Of a stretch of 64,000 nt of DNA, positions 28,202-37,295 are shown piece by piece (positions within the stretch are counted from its first letter, which is position 1; every line of letters begins with the position of its first letter). Made by a program: the position numbers and the translations under genes. This DNA is from Bacteroidia bacterium (GTDB lineage: Bacteria; Bacteroidota; Bacteroidia; NS11-12g; UBA955), in contig JBIPPH010000005.1 of assembly GCA_044368575.1 (NCBI GenBank), positions 5,930 through 69,929 on the forward strand. Direction: 5' to 3'. The notes beneath the pieces were generated by a model. It was given only the letters and a program-made list of their open reading frames with translations. It was not told where the DNA came from and did no database searches.

Positions 28202-29098
28202 CTATCTTCGGCCCCTTTTGGGTTTGTGACGACCTTGGGTATTTTGCTTTTTAGCATTGGCAGGCTTACTACCTGTTGAGCGCTTAAAAGGCTTTGATGG
28301 CTTAGCTTTTGCTTCAGATGGCTTGCCAGTATGGATTTTGGAACTTGATTTAGCTGCTGGCTTTGTAGGTTTATTCGATTGTGGTTTTACCTCTGATTGA
28401 GACTTTTGAACAGCGTCAAACAGAATGCTAAGTTCTGAGGAACTCAATTCTCTCCATTCACCTAGCGGTATACCCTTAAGTTCGATGTGCATGATCCTAA
28501 TCCGTTCTAATTTGATAACATCAAAACCAAAATGTTCGCACATTCTGCGGATTTGGCGGTTCAAACCTTGTATTAAAGTTATTCTAAATTTAGTGGGCGA
28601 CTCTTGAACGATCTTACATTTCTTGGTCATAACGCCCAACATGGGAACGCCCATTGACATTTTAAGAAGGATGTCTTCAGTAATGGGTTTATTAACCGTG
28701 ACTATGTATTCTTTTTCATGCTTGTTACCAGCTCTTAATATCTTATTGACCAAATCGCCTTCGTTGGTTAATAAAATCAAGCCCTGAGAATCTTTATCTA
28801 AACGGCCTATCGGAAAAATTCTTTGACTGTGATTGACATAGTCAACAATGTTGTCTTTAACCCCTGCCTCAGTAGTAGAGGTTACTCCCACAGGTTTATT
28901 CAATGCGATTAGGACCAAATCATCAGCCGTTCTAGCTTCTAGTGTTCTACCATTAACCCTCACCACATCTCCAATGCCAACTTCCATCCCAATTTTAGCC
29001 AATTGACCATTGATATATACTTTACCATTGGCAATGAGCTTATCGGCTTCTCGTCTTGAACACAAACCTGATTCACTGATGTATTTATTTAAGCGCAT
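28202..29098 (-). CDS. rluF: RsuA/RluF-family rRNA pseudouridine synthase with a Lys/Pro-rich basic tail
   Basis: S4 domain ([22 protein letters not shown]), catalytic [15 protein letters not shown] and the RQIRRM motif. Carries a K/P/A/S-rich C-terminal tail of about 65 aa. I prefer ATG at 29098 over the TTG at 29119. Confidence 0.88.
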   Translation of the reverse strand: MRLNKYISESGLCSRREADKLIANGKVYINGQLAKIGMEVGIGDVVRVNGRTLEARTADDLVLIALNKPVGVTSTTEAGVKDNIVDYVNHSQRIFPIGRLDKDSQGLILLTNEGDLVNKILRAGNKHEKEYIVTVNKPITEDILLKMSMGVPMLGVMTKKCKIVQESPTKFRITLIQGLNRQIRRMCEHFGFDVIKLERIRIMHIELKGIPLGEWRELSSSELSILFDAVQKSQSEVKPQSNKPTKPAAKSSSKIHTGKPSEAKAKPSKPFKRSTGSKPANAKKQNTQGRHKPKRGRR

Positions 29099-29189
29099 AG
29101 CTTTCTTGTAAAAACTCAAGCAAATTACGCTTTGTAAAACTCAAATTAAAATAATTTATCTTAAGTTTGTTCGATTGGCCGTTAACAAC

Positions 29190-30608
29190 ATGCTCAAACA
29201 TCCCCTCTTTAAAGACATTAGATTTTATATTCTCATTGCCTTTTTATTAAGACTTTATGCCATCTATTATCCGCCAATAGAGTTAACCCACAATTGGCGT
29301 CAAACAACCGTCACAATGGTGAGTCGGAATTTTTTAGAAGTCGATGCCAATCTCATGTATCCTCGAATTGACATTGCCGGCGAAAAAACTGGCATTACCG
29401 GCATGGAGTTCCCTGTGTTAAACTATTTGATCTACTTGCTATCTTTAGCATTTGGTTATCATGATTGGTTTGGCAGGCTCATCGTTTTATTGATTTCTAG
29501 CCTTGGTATTTGGAGCTTTCACAACATATTAAAGAAACAGTTTAACCCACAAATTGCTTTTAATAGCAGCATAGTTCTGCTCTTTTCTATATGGTTTACC
29601 TACTCCAGAAAAATAATGCCAGACACCATGGCCATGTCGTTTATGTTTTTCGGTATACAGCAAGGCTTAAACTATTTTGAAAGCCCTCGCTTAAAACCTT
29701 TGTTGTGGTTTGGATTTTGGATTTGTTTAGGCATTTTGAGCAAACTCCCTGTTGTATTTCTATTGTTTGTGTTTATCCCTTACATGATTGATCGCCCACT
29801 TCTCCAGCGCAACAAAATGGCTTTTGCTTTGATAGGCTTTTTGGCTCTATGCATCAATTATTTTTGGTATTTTGTTTGGGTACCCTATCTGAATCAGACC
29901 TATGAATTTGTTCATTTTTTTATGGGGAAAAGCATGTTCGTAGGCGGATTAGAATTGCTTCAAAATTGGGACAAAACCATTAACCGCTTTTATGAAACCG
30001 CTATTAAATTCATAGCCTTTGCTTTCTGTATTTGGGGTTGGATTAGTACCTATAGACAAAAACAAAAACAAATTGCATTCATATCTGGCATTGGTTTTTT
30101 AGCCTTTTTGCCCATTATGTTAAAAGGCGGTTTTACGTTTTATCACCATTCTTATTACATTATTCCTTTCGCTCCAATTCTTGCAATTGTGAGTGGTTAT
30201 GGCATCAGTCAACTCAACAAATTAAAATTCCAATATATAATCTTATGGGCTATTGCCATTGAAGGATTAGGCAATCATCTGGACGATTTTGTGATCAAAG
30301 ATTACTACAAACCAGTCTTGACATTAGAAGCTGAATTAGACAAAGTATCAAATAGACATGACCTTATTTGCATTAATAGTGGAGAGTTTCCTACCCCCAT
30401 GTATTTCGCTCATAGAAAAGGCTGGGTAGCTTACAATGAACAATTACTTCAACAAAACTTTACCGATTCATTGGCCAATAAGGGTTTAAAACACATAGTG
30501 ATCTTAAACCATGTATTTGGCGAAAAAATACCACTCAACTACCCCATTGAGTTTCAAAACAATGATTTCACCATTTACGCAGTTAGCCCTTTACAAAACA
30601 AACAATAA
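29190..30608 (+). CDS. polytopic membrane glycosyltransferase, ArnT/GT39/GT83-like
   Basis: About 12 TM helices. The N-terminus FYILIAFLLRLYAIYY and the overall architecture are typical of dolichyl/undecaprenyl-phosphate-sugar-dependent transferases. ATG at 29190 preferred over TTG at 29175. The family assignment is tentative. Confidence 0.55.
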   Translation: MLKHPLFKDIRFYILIAFLLRLYAIYYPPIELTHNWRQTTVTMVSRNFLEVDANLMYPRIDIAGEKTGITGMEFPVLNYLIYLLSLAFGYHDWFGRLIVLLISSLGIWSFHNILKKQFNPQIAFNSSIVLLFSIWFTYSRKIMPDTMAMSFMFFGIQQGLNYFESPRLKPLLWFGFWICLGILSKLPVVFLLFVFIPYMIDRPLLQRNKMAFALIGFLALCINYFWYFVWVPYLNQTYEFVHFFMGKSMFVGGLELLQNWDKTINRFYETAIKFIAFAFCIWGWISTYRQKQKQIAFISGIGFLAFLPIMLKGGFTFYHHSYYIIPFAPILAIVSGYGISQLNKLKFQYIILWAIAIEGLGNHLDDFVIKDYYKPVLTLEAELDKVSNRHDLICINSGEFPTPMYFAHRKGWVAYNEQLLQQNFTDSLANKGLKHIVILNHVFGEKIPLNYPIEFQNNDFTIYAVSPLQNKQ

Positions 30609-32282
30609 ACCTAGTCGAATCTCAAAGTAAGAGAGTTTTCCCTCTAGGGTTTCATAGATAGATTTCAATGGTACAGAAGCCTCTGAACAGTCCAAAGTTT
30701 TGGTCAAGTGTTTAAGCGCTTTCTTAAGTAACTGTTGTTGTTTTTTAGGCGATTGAATTTGTTTAAACTTGAGTGATTGGCCGGAGAGTTTTAGTTTCTC
30801 TAAATGACTAATAATTGTGGTAGCACTTAAGCCTCTTTGATCGGCAATGCTTTGAATATCATACCCAGCTTGTAGCATTTCTAAGGTTTGATCTTGGGTA
30901 GTTTGCCCCAACATTTTATTTTTCTTTGTACTTGGCTTTAAACTCTCTTTTGCAATTTTATAGGGAATTCCATCACAAGCCTTCACAAAGAGATCGAAAC
31001 GTTTTTCCAATTCAGAAAGCTCATATTGTTGATCAGTTGCCGCTGACAATTCTATGAAGCGTTTGTCGGCTTTAAAAGCTAAAGGATCCATTTGCAAGGC
31101 TGTTGCATTATACCCTAACAAATACAAATGGTCATAAGACTTTAATCTACTCAATGCCACATAGCCTTGACCATGCTCAAAGGATTTTCTTAAATCAATA
31201 ATGGCAGCATCGAGGGTCATGCCTTGGCTTTTGTGAACAGTTATTGCCCAAGCCAATCTCAGTGGCAATTGGGTAAATGAGGCCATTGATTTGCCTTGAT
31301 CATCATCTATACTCCATTTTTCAGTTTCAACAGCAATCAAATCGCCGGCTAAAGTTTCAACCATTGGCAAACCAGACTCATCAAAATCTACAATCGTTCC
31401 AATGGTACCATTCATATACCCTTTCTCAAAATTATTTTTAATGAACATGACTCTAGCCCCTAACTTTAAAACTAAGTCTTCCTCTGTTAAAACTTGTTTT
31501 TTAAGTAAATCTCTGAGTGTATCTGGGCCTTTAACCAATGCTTTAAAATGGACTTCTGCTGAATCTAATGCTTGTAAATACTCAGAATTGATTCTATCTA
31601 CATCCATATTGTGGGTATACAACCTGGTTAAATTGTCTAATGGCGGTGCCGATTTCCCTATGAGACCTTGCAGTTGATCTAAATGATCTGCGAGAATATT
31701 TCCTGACCTCATGGCATTTAAAAATTGATTAAGCCCTTGATCACTTTGCCTATGTTGCTCCTGAATATAGCAGATGGTTGGTGACGCCTCAAGCCAAGCT
31801 TCAGACATGAACACAAATTTATCTTTGTTGTCTTCACCAGGTTTTCCGACAGGAGGCAACTGAAAAAAATCGCCGGCAAACACTATTTGTATGCCGCCAA
31901 AAGGCAAATCATTCCCTTTAAAATATTTTAAAACCATATTGACCAAATTCAATTGTTGTTTATGCAACATTGAGATTTCATCAATGATTAATACTTGAGC
32001 AGATTCAATTTGGTTTTTTAGGTATTTCTTGCCCTTCATGAACTCCAACTCTTTGGGTCCAAGGGCTTCTTTAACGCCTATACCAGACCATGCATGAATG
32101 GTTAAGCCATTCATATGTGTTGCAGCAATACCTGTAGAAGCTGTAATGGCAACAGCAACTTGACAAGTTCTTAGATAGTCGATGTACTGATTGAGTACAT
32201 AGGTTTTACCAGCACCTGCGCTTCCAGTTAAGAATACATTCTTTCCCGACTTTAATAAAGCAAGTGCTTTGTCTTGGTTCAT
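30591..32282 (-). CDS. Pif1/RecD-family SF1B DNA helicase with a C-terminal HTH region
   Basis: Walker A GSAGAGKTY, Walker B LIIDEISM, GDFFQLPPV, and TVHKSQGMTLD with ALSRL near the end of the helicase core. The C-terminal roughly 100 aa (IQSIADQRGLSATTIISHLEKL) look HTH-like. Confidence 0.85.
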   Translation of the reverse strand: MNQDKALALLKSGKNVFLTGSAGAGKTYVLNQYIDYLRTCQVAVAITASTGIAATHMNGLTIHAWSGIGVKEALGPKELEFMKGKKYLKNQIESAQVLIIDEISMLHKQQLNLVNMVLKYFKGNDLPFGGIQIVFAGDFFQLPPVGKPGEDNKDKFVFMSEAWLEASPTICYIQEQHRQSDQGLNQFLNAMRSGNILADHLDQLQGLIGKSAPPLDNLTRLYTHNMDVDRINSEYLQALDSAEVHFKALVKGPDTLRDLLKKQVLTEEDLVLKLGARVMFIKNNFEKGYMNGTIGTIVDFDESGLPMVETLAGDLIAVETEKWSIDDDQGKSMASFTQLPLRLAWAITVHKSQGMTLDAAIIDLRKSFEHGQGYVALSRLKSYDHLYLLGYNATALQMDPLAFKADKRFIELSAATDQQYELSELEKRFDLFVKACDGIPYKIAKESLKPSTKKNKMLGQTTQDQTLEMLQAGYDIQSIADQRGLSATTIISHLEKLKLSGQSLKFKQIQSPKKQQQLLKKALKHLTKTLDCSEASVPLKSIYETLEGKLSYFEIRLGLLFVL

Positions 32283-32300
32283 TCATTCAACTGCACTTAA

Positions 32301-34139
32301 TCAGTGATTAACAATCACCTTTTGGCTGTATTGACCTTGGCTGGTTTTTAACTTTAAGATATAGGTACCTGCAGGCAATTCGCTTACAGATATTGGGTTA
32401 ACACCTTCAATCAAGTCATTAGACTTAACCAACAAGCCATAACTGTTATACAATTCTATGATGGTTTGCTCAGTTGTCATTACATTCAATACATCTTCTG
32501 TTGGATTTGGATAAATCATAAAGCCTGAATTAACTGAGTTATAGATAGAAGTGTTTTGAATATTGATGTAATCTTTTTTAGTCAAAGTATTAGCCCCTGA
32601 GGCATTACTCGCTATGAGCGTAATGGTATATTTGCCTGTGGCAGTGAATTGAACATTTGGTATTTTACTGTTCGAATCAGTGGCATTCATCCATTTGTAG
32701 GTTGAAGGGCTAATGCGCCAAGTCCATTGAGTTGGTGTATTTTTAGAGAGATCGATCAAACTGATGATATCTGATAACAATGGCGTTGTATCTGATGCCA
32801 TAAAATCAGCAACTGGAGCTACTGTAACCGAACTTACTGCTATATGATTGCTTTTGAGTAAAGAATCTGAACCAGATAGATTAGCTACATACAATTTAAT
32901 GGAATATGTACCAGCTTGAGAGAAAGATACATAAACAACGCTATCCGTCAATTTGGTATTGTTTAATAAACTATAACTACTTGGTGAAATAGTCCATTTA
33001 AAAGCGCTTGGTTTATTGGTAGAAGTATTGGTTAAAATAACTGTTTGACCTTTAGTTGCTGAAGTGGTTGACGCCACAAAACTACATACAGGCGCCAAAC
33101 TAGGCAATATGCTTCTTACCACATTATTTCCCATATCTACTACATAAAACAAATCGTTCTTTTTGTCATATACAATCCCACTTAAGTCTTCAAATCGAGC
33201 AGCAGTTCCAACTGCATCGGTATAACCATTTTGATTGGCATTGCCGGCAAAAACAACCAGATTTGAATTATCATATTTTTTTACACAAAGTGATTCAACA
33301 ATGTACAAGGCAGAACCAACTTTACAAAGATCTTTAGGACCAAATAAGCCAGTATTTACAACATCGCTAACAGCATTGGTTGACAAATTAATTCTTCTAA
33401 TCGCACTATTACCATAGTCTGCTACCAGTAAATCATTCCCATCTAAAAACACATTATAAGGTGCAGCAAATCGAGCTGCTGATCCAGTGGCATTAACATA
33501 TCCTGCATTGCCCGGTGAACCGGCGATGGTTGTTACTGAACCTCCTGAAATTTTTCTAATCACATGATTGTTTCTATCTGCCACATATACATCACCATTC
33601 GCTGCTACGGCTATACCAGATGGTCCGTTGAATTTTGCACTTGATTTGGCTGCATCTAAATGAGCCCCATTAAACAATTTTACACCTGCAAAGGTTGATA
33701 CGATTTGTTGAGTACCATTGTTGATGTATGGTTCCATTTTTCTAATCTGATTATTATCCAGATCCGCAACAAATAACTCATTGGTCCCAGGATGAATAGC
33801 CAAACCTGCTGGTCTTGAAAAACGAGCTATAGAACCGCCTCCATCTTTACTATCTGCTGCGCTTGGATATGTAGGATCAAGTGTATAACCTGCTGCTAAA
33901 AAACCTCTATCAGCCTTAACCCAAAAAATATTGTGTTCGTTACTCACATACAATCTGCCAAGGGTATCAATATCAATGCCCATAGGTGCAGAGAACAACA
34001 CGGTATCTTTGTGATTATTGCGGTAACCGGTATAACTACCTGAACCGGTGTATTGAACACCTGCATAAGTTTTTACAGTTTGTGCAGTGGCACAAAAACC
34101 AGCTAGCGATAAAAAAAGTGCAGAAAAAATAGTTCTCAT
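32301..34139 (-). CDS. secreted NHL-repeat beta-propeller / PKD-domain protein with a T9SS C-terminal sorting domain
   Basis: Signal peptide, repeated NHL-like units (P.GI..D..G.LYV.D..N..IRKI), two PKD-like modules (SAFKWTISP / TQWTWRISP) and a C-terminal YPNPTEDVLNV...GTYILKLKT...QKVIVNH type-A sorting signal. Confidence 0.8.
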   Translation of the reverse strand: MRTIFSALFLSLAGFCATAQTVKTYAGVQYTGSGSYTGYRNNHKDTVLFSAPMGIDIDTLGRLYVSNEHNIFWVKADRGFLAAGYTLDPTYPSAADSKDGGGSIARFSRPAGLAIHPGTNELFVADLDNNQIRKMEPYINNGTQQIVSTFAGVKLFNGAHLDAAKSSAKFNGPSGIAVAANGDVYVADRNNHVIRKISGGSVTTIAGSPGNAGYVNATGSAARFAAPYNVFLDGNDLLVADYGNSAIRRINLSTNAVSDVVNTGLFGPKDLCKVGSALYIVESLCVKKYDNSNLVVFAGNANQNGYTDAVGTAARFEDLSGIVYDKKNDLFYVVDMGNNVVRSILPSLAPVCSFVASTTSATKGQTVILTNTSTNKPSAFKWTISPSSYSLLNNTKLTDSVVYVSFSQAGTYSIKLYVANLSGSDSLLKSNHIAVSSVTVAPVADFMASDTTPLLSDIISLIDLSKNTPTQWTWRISPSTYKWMNATDSNSKIPNVQFTATGKYTITLIASNASGANTLTKKDYINIQNTSIYNSVNSGFMIYPNPTEDVLNVMTTEQTIIELYNSYGLLVKSNDLIEGVNPISVSELPAGTYILKLKTSQGQYSQKVIVNH

Positions 34140-34145
34140 AAAAAA

Positions 34146-35111
34146 TTATAAATTAGCGACTGCTTGATTGATATTATTTTCGATGGTATTTAACACATCA
34201 TTGTAGTCCCTTCCATTGAATTGTTGCCCAGTCATGGCCTCGTATAACTCTGTGTAACGATCTGTAACAGATTGAACAAATTCATCTGTCATGGTTGGAA
34301 TCAATTGTCCTTCCAAACCTTGGAAGCCATTTTCCATTAACCATTCACGTACAAATTCTTTTGACAATTGCTTTTGAGGTTTACCTGCTTTTTGTAACTC
34401 AGCATACTTGTCTAAGTAGAAAAATCTACTAGAGTCCGGCGTGTGCACTTCATCTATTAACATCAATTGACCTTGATGCAAACCAAATTCATATTTTGTA
34501 TCTACTAATATCAAACCTCTCTTAGCCGCCATTTCAGTACCTCTTGCATATAACTTTAGGGCAACTGAAACCATTTCATCTAATATCTCTTTTGAGCAAA
34601 TTTGTTGTTCCAAAATACCATCAAGACTAATATCAACATCATGCCCTTCTTGACTTTTTGTAGCTGGTGTTATGATAGGTTGAGGGAAGGCATCATTTTC
34701 ATTTAAGCCATCCGGCATTCTAACGCCACAAATCATGCGCTCACCAGTTTTGTATACTCTCCAAGCATGTCCGCACAAGTAACCTCTCACAACAATTTCA
34801 ATTGGAATAGCGTCACATTTAATACCAATTGTAACATTGGGGTCTGCCACTGCTATTTTCCAATTTTGAACGATGTCTTTTGTGGCATCTAAAAAATAAG
34901 CAGCAATTTGGGTCAAGACTTCTCCCTTATGTGGTATTGCTCTTGGTAAAACATGGTCAAATGCAGAAATCCTATCACAAGCTACCATGACTAAATGGTC
35001 TTGTTTGATGGTATATACATCTCTAACTTTACCTCTATAAAAAGCGGTTTGGTCTTTGATGAAATAATTGGTGGCCATTAAGCCTTTTTCTATTTTCAAA
35101 TCTGAGCTCAT
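34146..35111 (-). CDS. purC: phosphoribosylaminoimidazole-succinocarboxamide synthase
   Basis: 321 aa long-form SAICAR synthetase: YRGKVRDVY, DRISAFD, LILVDTKYEFG, DEVHTPDSSRF. Confidence 0.95.
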   Translation of the reverse strand: MSSDLKIEKGLMATNYFIKDQTAFYRGKVRDVYTIKQDHLVMVACDRISAFDHVLPRAIPHKGEVLTQIAAYFLDATKDIVQNWKIAVADPNVTIGIKCDAIPIEIVVRGYLCGHAWRVYKTGERMICGVRMPDGLNENDAFPQPIITPATKSQEGHDVDISLDGILEQQICSKEILDEMVSVALKLYARGTEMAAKRGLILVDTKYEFGLHQGQLMLIDEVHTPDSSRFFYLDKYAELQKAGKPQKQLSKEFVREWLMENGFQGLEGQLIPTMTDEFVQSVTDRYTELYEAMTGQQFNGRDYNDVLNTIENNINQAVANL

Positions 35112-35229
35112 AACAACAATAGATTAATGTACAAAAATACACGCTGATTTTAAGGAATCAGAGTTGACTTATAAACAGACTGACCAGGCCGTAATCGAGC
35201 CCCTCAATATTGTCGTAACCGACTGAAAA

Positions 35230-36177
35230 TCAAGCCTCGTAGGCCTTTATGATCTCTTTCACCAAACGGTGTCTCACGACATCATCAACATTCAATGCAA
35301 CGATCTCAATCCCCTTGATTTTGCTTAAAATCTTAGTCGCTTTCATAAGGCCTGAAGTCTGTTTCGCAGGCAAATCTACTTGACTTAAATCGCCGGTAAT
35401 AATGACTTTGGCAGATGGGCCCATTCTGGTTAAAAACATTTTAATTTGAAGATCTGTGGTGTTTTGAGCTTCATCTAAAATCACAAAACAATTATCCAGA
35501 GTTCTTCCACGCATGAAGGCAAGTGGCGCCACCTCAATGGTTCTATTATCTAAATACAATTTAAGCTTGTCTGGTGGTATCATATCATCCAACGCATCAT
35601 AAAGAGGACGTAAATAAGGATCAATTTTTTCTTTTAAATCGCCAGGCAGAAACCCTAAACTCTCACCAGCTTCTACTGCTGGCCTAGTCAATATAATGCG
35701 TTTAATTTCCTTGTTTTTCAATGCTTTAACAGCCACTGCTACTGCCGTGTATGTTTTACCTGTTCCAGCAGGCCCCAAAGCGAATACTATATCATTATTG
35801 GCTATTTCTTTAACCAATTTGATTTGATTGGCAGTTCTTGCTTTTATGGGTTTGCCAGAATTACCATATAGAATGATGTGCTTATCGCCCTCAGTCATAA
35901 GGTCTGGCATGGGATGAATCTGAGCTTCAGTAGCAAAAACTTCACGGAGTAATGAATCATTCAATTCTCTCCCCTTTTCAATGAGGGTTTGAAGTTGGGC
36001 AAACTGAATTAAAAACGCTTCAATATCTGCTGTTTCACCAACGACTTTAACCTCATTGCCTCTTGCAATTAGTCTTAATTTAGGGAACATCAATTTTATT
36101 TTGTCCAAAAATTGATTGTTAGGCCCATATATTTCAATGGGATGGACGTCTTCGATTAAATAAATTTTTTCTGACAA
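35230..36177 (-). CDS. phoH: PhoH-family ATPase (YbeZ-like)
   Basis: Walker A GPAGTGKTY, Walker B FVILDEAQN, ITGDLSQVDLP. The track ORF reaches 36276 and would overlap the divergent gene. No internal ATG precedes the conserved N-terminus, so I propose TTG at 36177 (M-SEKIYLIEDVHPIEIYG...). The start is provisional. Confidence 0.88.
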   Translation of the reverse strand: MSEKIYLIEDVHPIEIYGPNNQFLDKIKLMFPKLRLIARGNEVKVVGETADIEAFLIQFAQLQTLIEKGRELNDSLLREVFATEAQIHPMPDLMTEGDKHIILYGNSGKPIKARTANQIKLVKEIANNDIVFALGPAGTGKTYTAVAVAVKALKNKEIKRIILTRPAVEAGESLGFLPGDLKEKIDPYLRPLYDALDDMIPPDKLKLYLDNRTIEVAPLAFMRGRTLDNCFVILDEAQNTTDLQIKMFLTRMGPSAKVIITGDLSQVDLPAKQTSGLMKATKILSKIKGIEIVALNVDDVVRHRLVKEIIKAYEA

Positions 36178-36237
36178 TGCTAAATCCTTTTTAATTCGTG
36201 AAAATAGTGAATATTTTTGCAACGAATATAACACAAT

Positions 36238-36972
36238 TTGCAGAGCATTTTTCTCATATCTGATTTTCAGGATCAATCTTTTCAGATTGGCTTATTGAAA
36301 GCCGCATTGTTAAGACCTATTCCGAATAGTCAATTCATTGATGTGACCCATGCCGTCAAATTGAATAATACGATTGAGGCTGCTTTTATTAGCCGTTCGC
36401 TATTGGAAGAGTTGCCAGAACAAAGTATCTGCGTGATGGCTGTAGGTCAAACCAATACTTGGGTTGCTTATCCCTATCTTACAAGTTTAATCCTTTGCCC
36501 CAATAATGGCTTATTGAGTATGACACTACCCGATTTGAACCACCGTCAAGCAGTCTTATTTAACCAATCAAAATTAGAACAAGTATTAGCTCAATGGATG
36601 AATAATAAAACCATAGAGCATGATCTTCCACTTGACCAATTGGAAATTCGCTACAATAAAAAGCCACAATTCAATGAGCAAATTTGCATTGCGGAATGTG
36701 CCTTCATTGATGGAAATGGCAATTGTTATTTCAACATCAAGCGCGATGAACTGAACGACTTCCTTAAACAAAGGCCTTTCAGTATTAAGATACAACACTA
36801 CAACGGACAATTGTTTACCAAAATCCACAAACAAGTTAACGATGTGGTTTCTGGTGATGCTCTATTCAGATTTGACCATCTTGGACACTTATTATTTCAA
36901 GTCAATCAAGGCAGTGCAAAACAATTGTTTCGAATAAAAGACGATACTAAAATCATAATCGAACTCCAATGA
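36238..36972 (+). CDS. SAM hydroxide adenosyltransferase / DUF62-family protein (divergent)
   Basis: N-terminal IFLISDFQDQSF...IDVTHAV...EAAF parallels the canonical TDFG..D.Y...IDITH......EAAF layout. Two-domain size of 244 aa. TTG start as given in the track. Tentative. Confidence 0.55.
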   Translation: MQSIFLISDFQDQSFQIGLLKAALLRPIPNSQFIDVTHAVKLNNTIEAAFISRSLLEELPEQSICVMAVGQTNTWVAYPYLTSLILCPNNGLLSMTLPDLNHRQAVLFNQSKLEQVLAQWMNNKTIEHDLPLDQLEIRYNKKPQFNEQICIAECAFIDGNGNCYFNIKRDELNDFLKQRPFSIKIQHYNGQLFTKIHKQVNDVVSGDALFRFDHLGHLLFQVNQGSAKQLFRIKDDTKIIIELQ

Positions 36973-37268
36973 TAAACAGAATTGTAAAAATGACTTTTGA
37001 GCCAGCCTTAATCAATGACTTTATGGACGTTTTCAATGCCTCCAAAGATAAAATTAGACAGTTTGAAGGTTGCCACGGCATGATTTTATTGCAAGACACT
37101 CAGCATGCTAACATACTTTTCACTTATAGTCAATGGGAAAGTGAAGCGCATTTAAACCATTACAGAGCATCAGAACTCTTTAAAACTACTTGGGCCAATA
37201 CCAAAAACAAATTTCAAGCAAAAGCGGAAGCGTGGTCTACCCATACGCTTGATGCCCCTACACAATAA
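36969..37268 (+). CDS. antibiotic-biosynthesis-monooxygenase (ABM) fold protein
   Basis: 99 aa. The pattern IVKMTF...F......I..FEGC....LLQD......F.YS.WES...L..YR.S..F is typical of the ABM/Dabb superfamily. Overlaps the upstream stop by 4 nt (ATGA). Confidence 0.65.
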   Translation: MINRIVKMTFEPALINDFMDVFNASKDKIRQFEGCHGMILLQDTQHANILFTYSQWESEAHLNHYRASELFKTTWANTKNKFQAKAEAWSTHTLDAPTQ

Positions 37269-37295
37269 TCTAAACCATAAAAAAGTTAATTCCCT

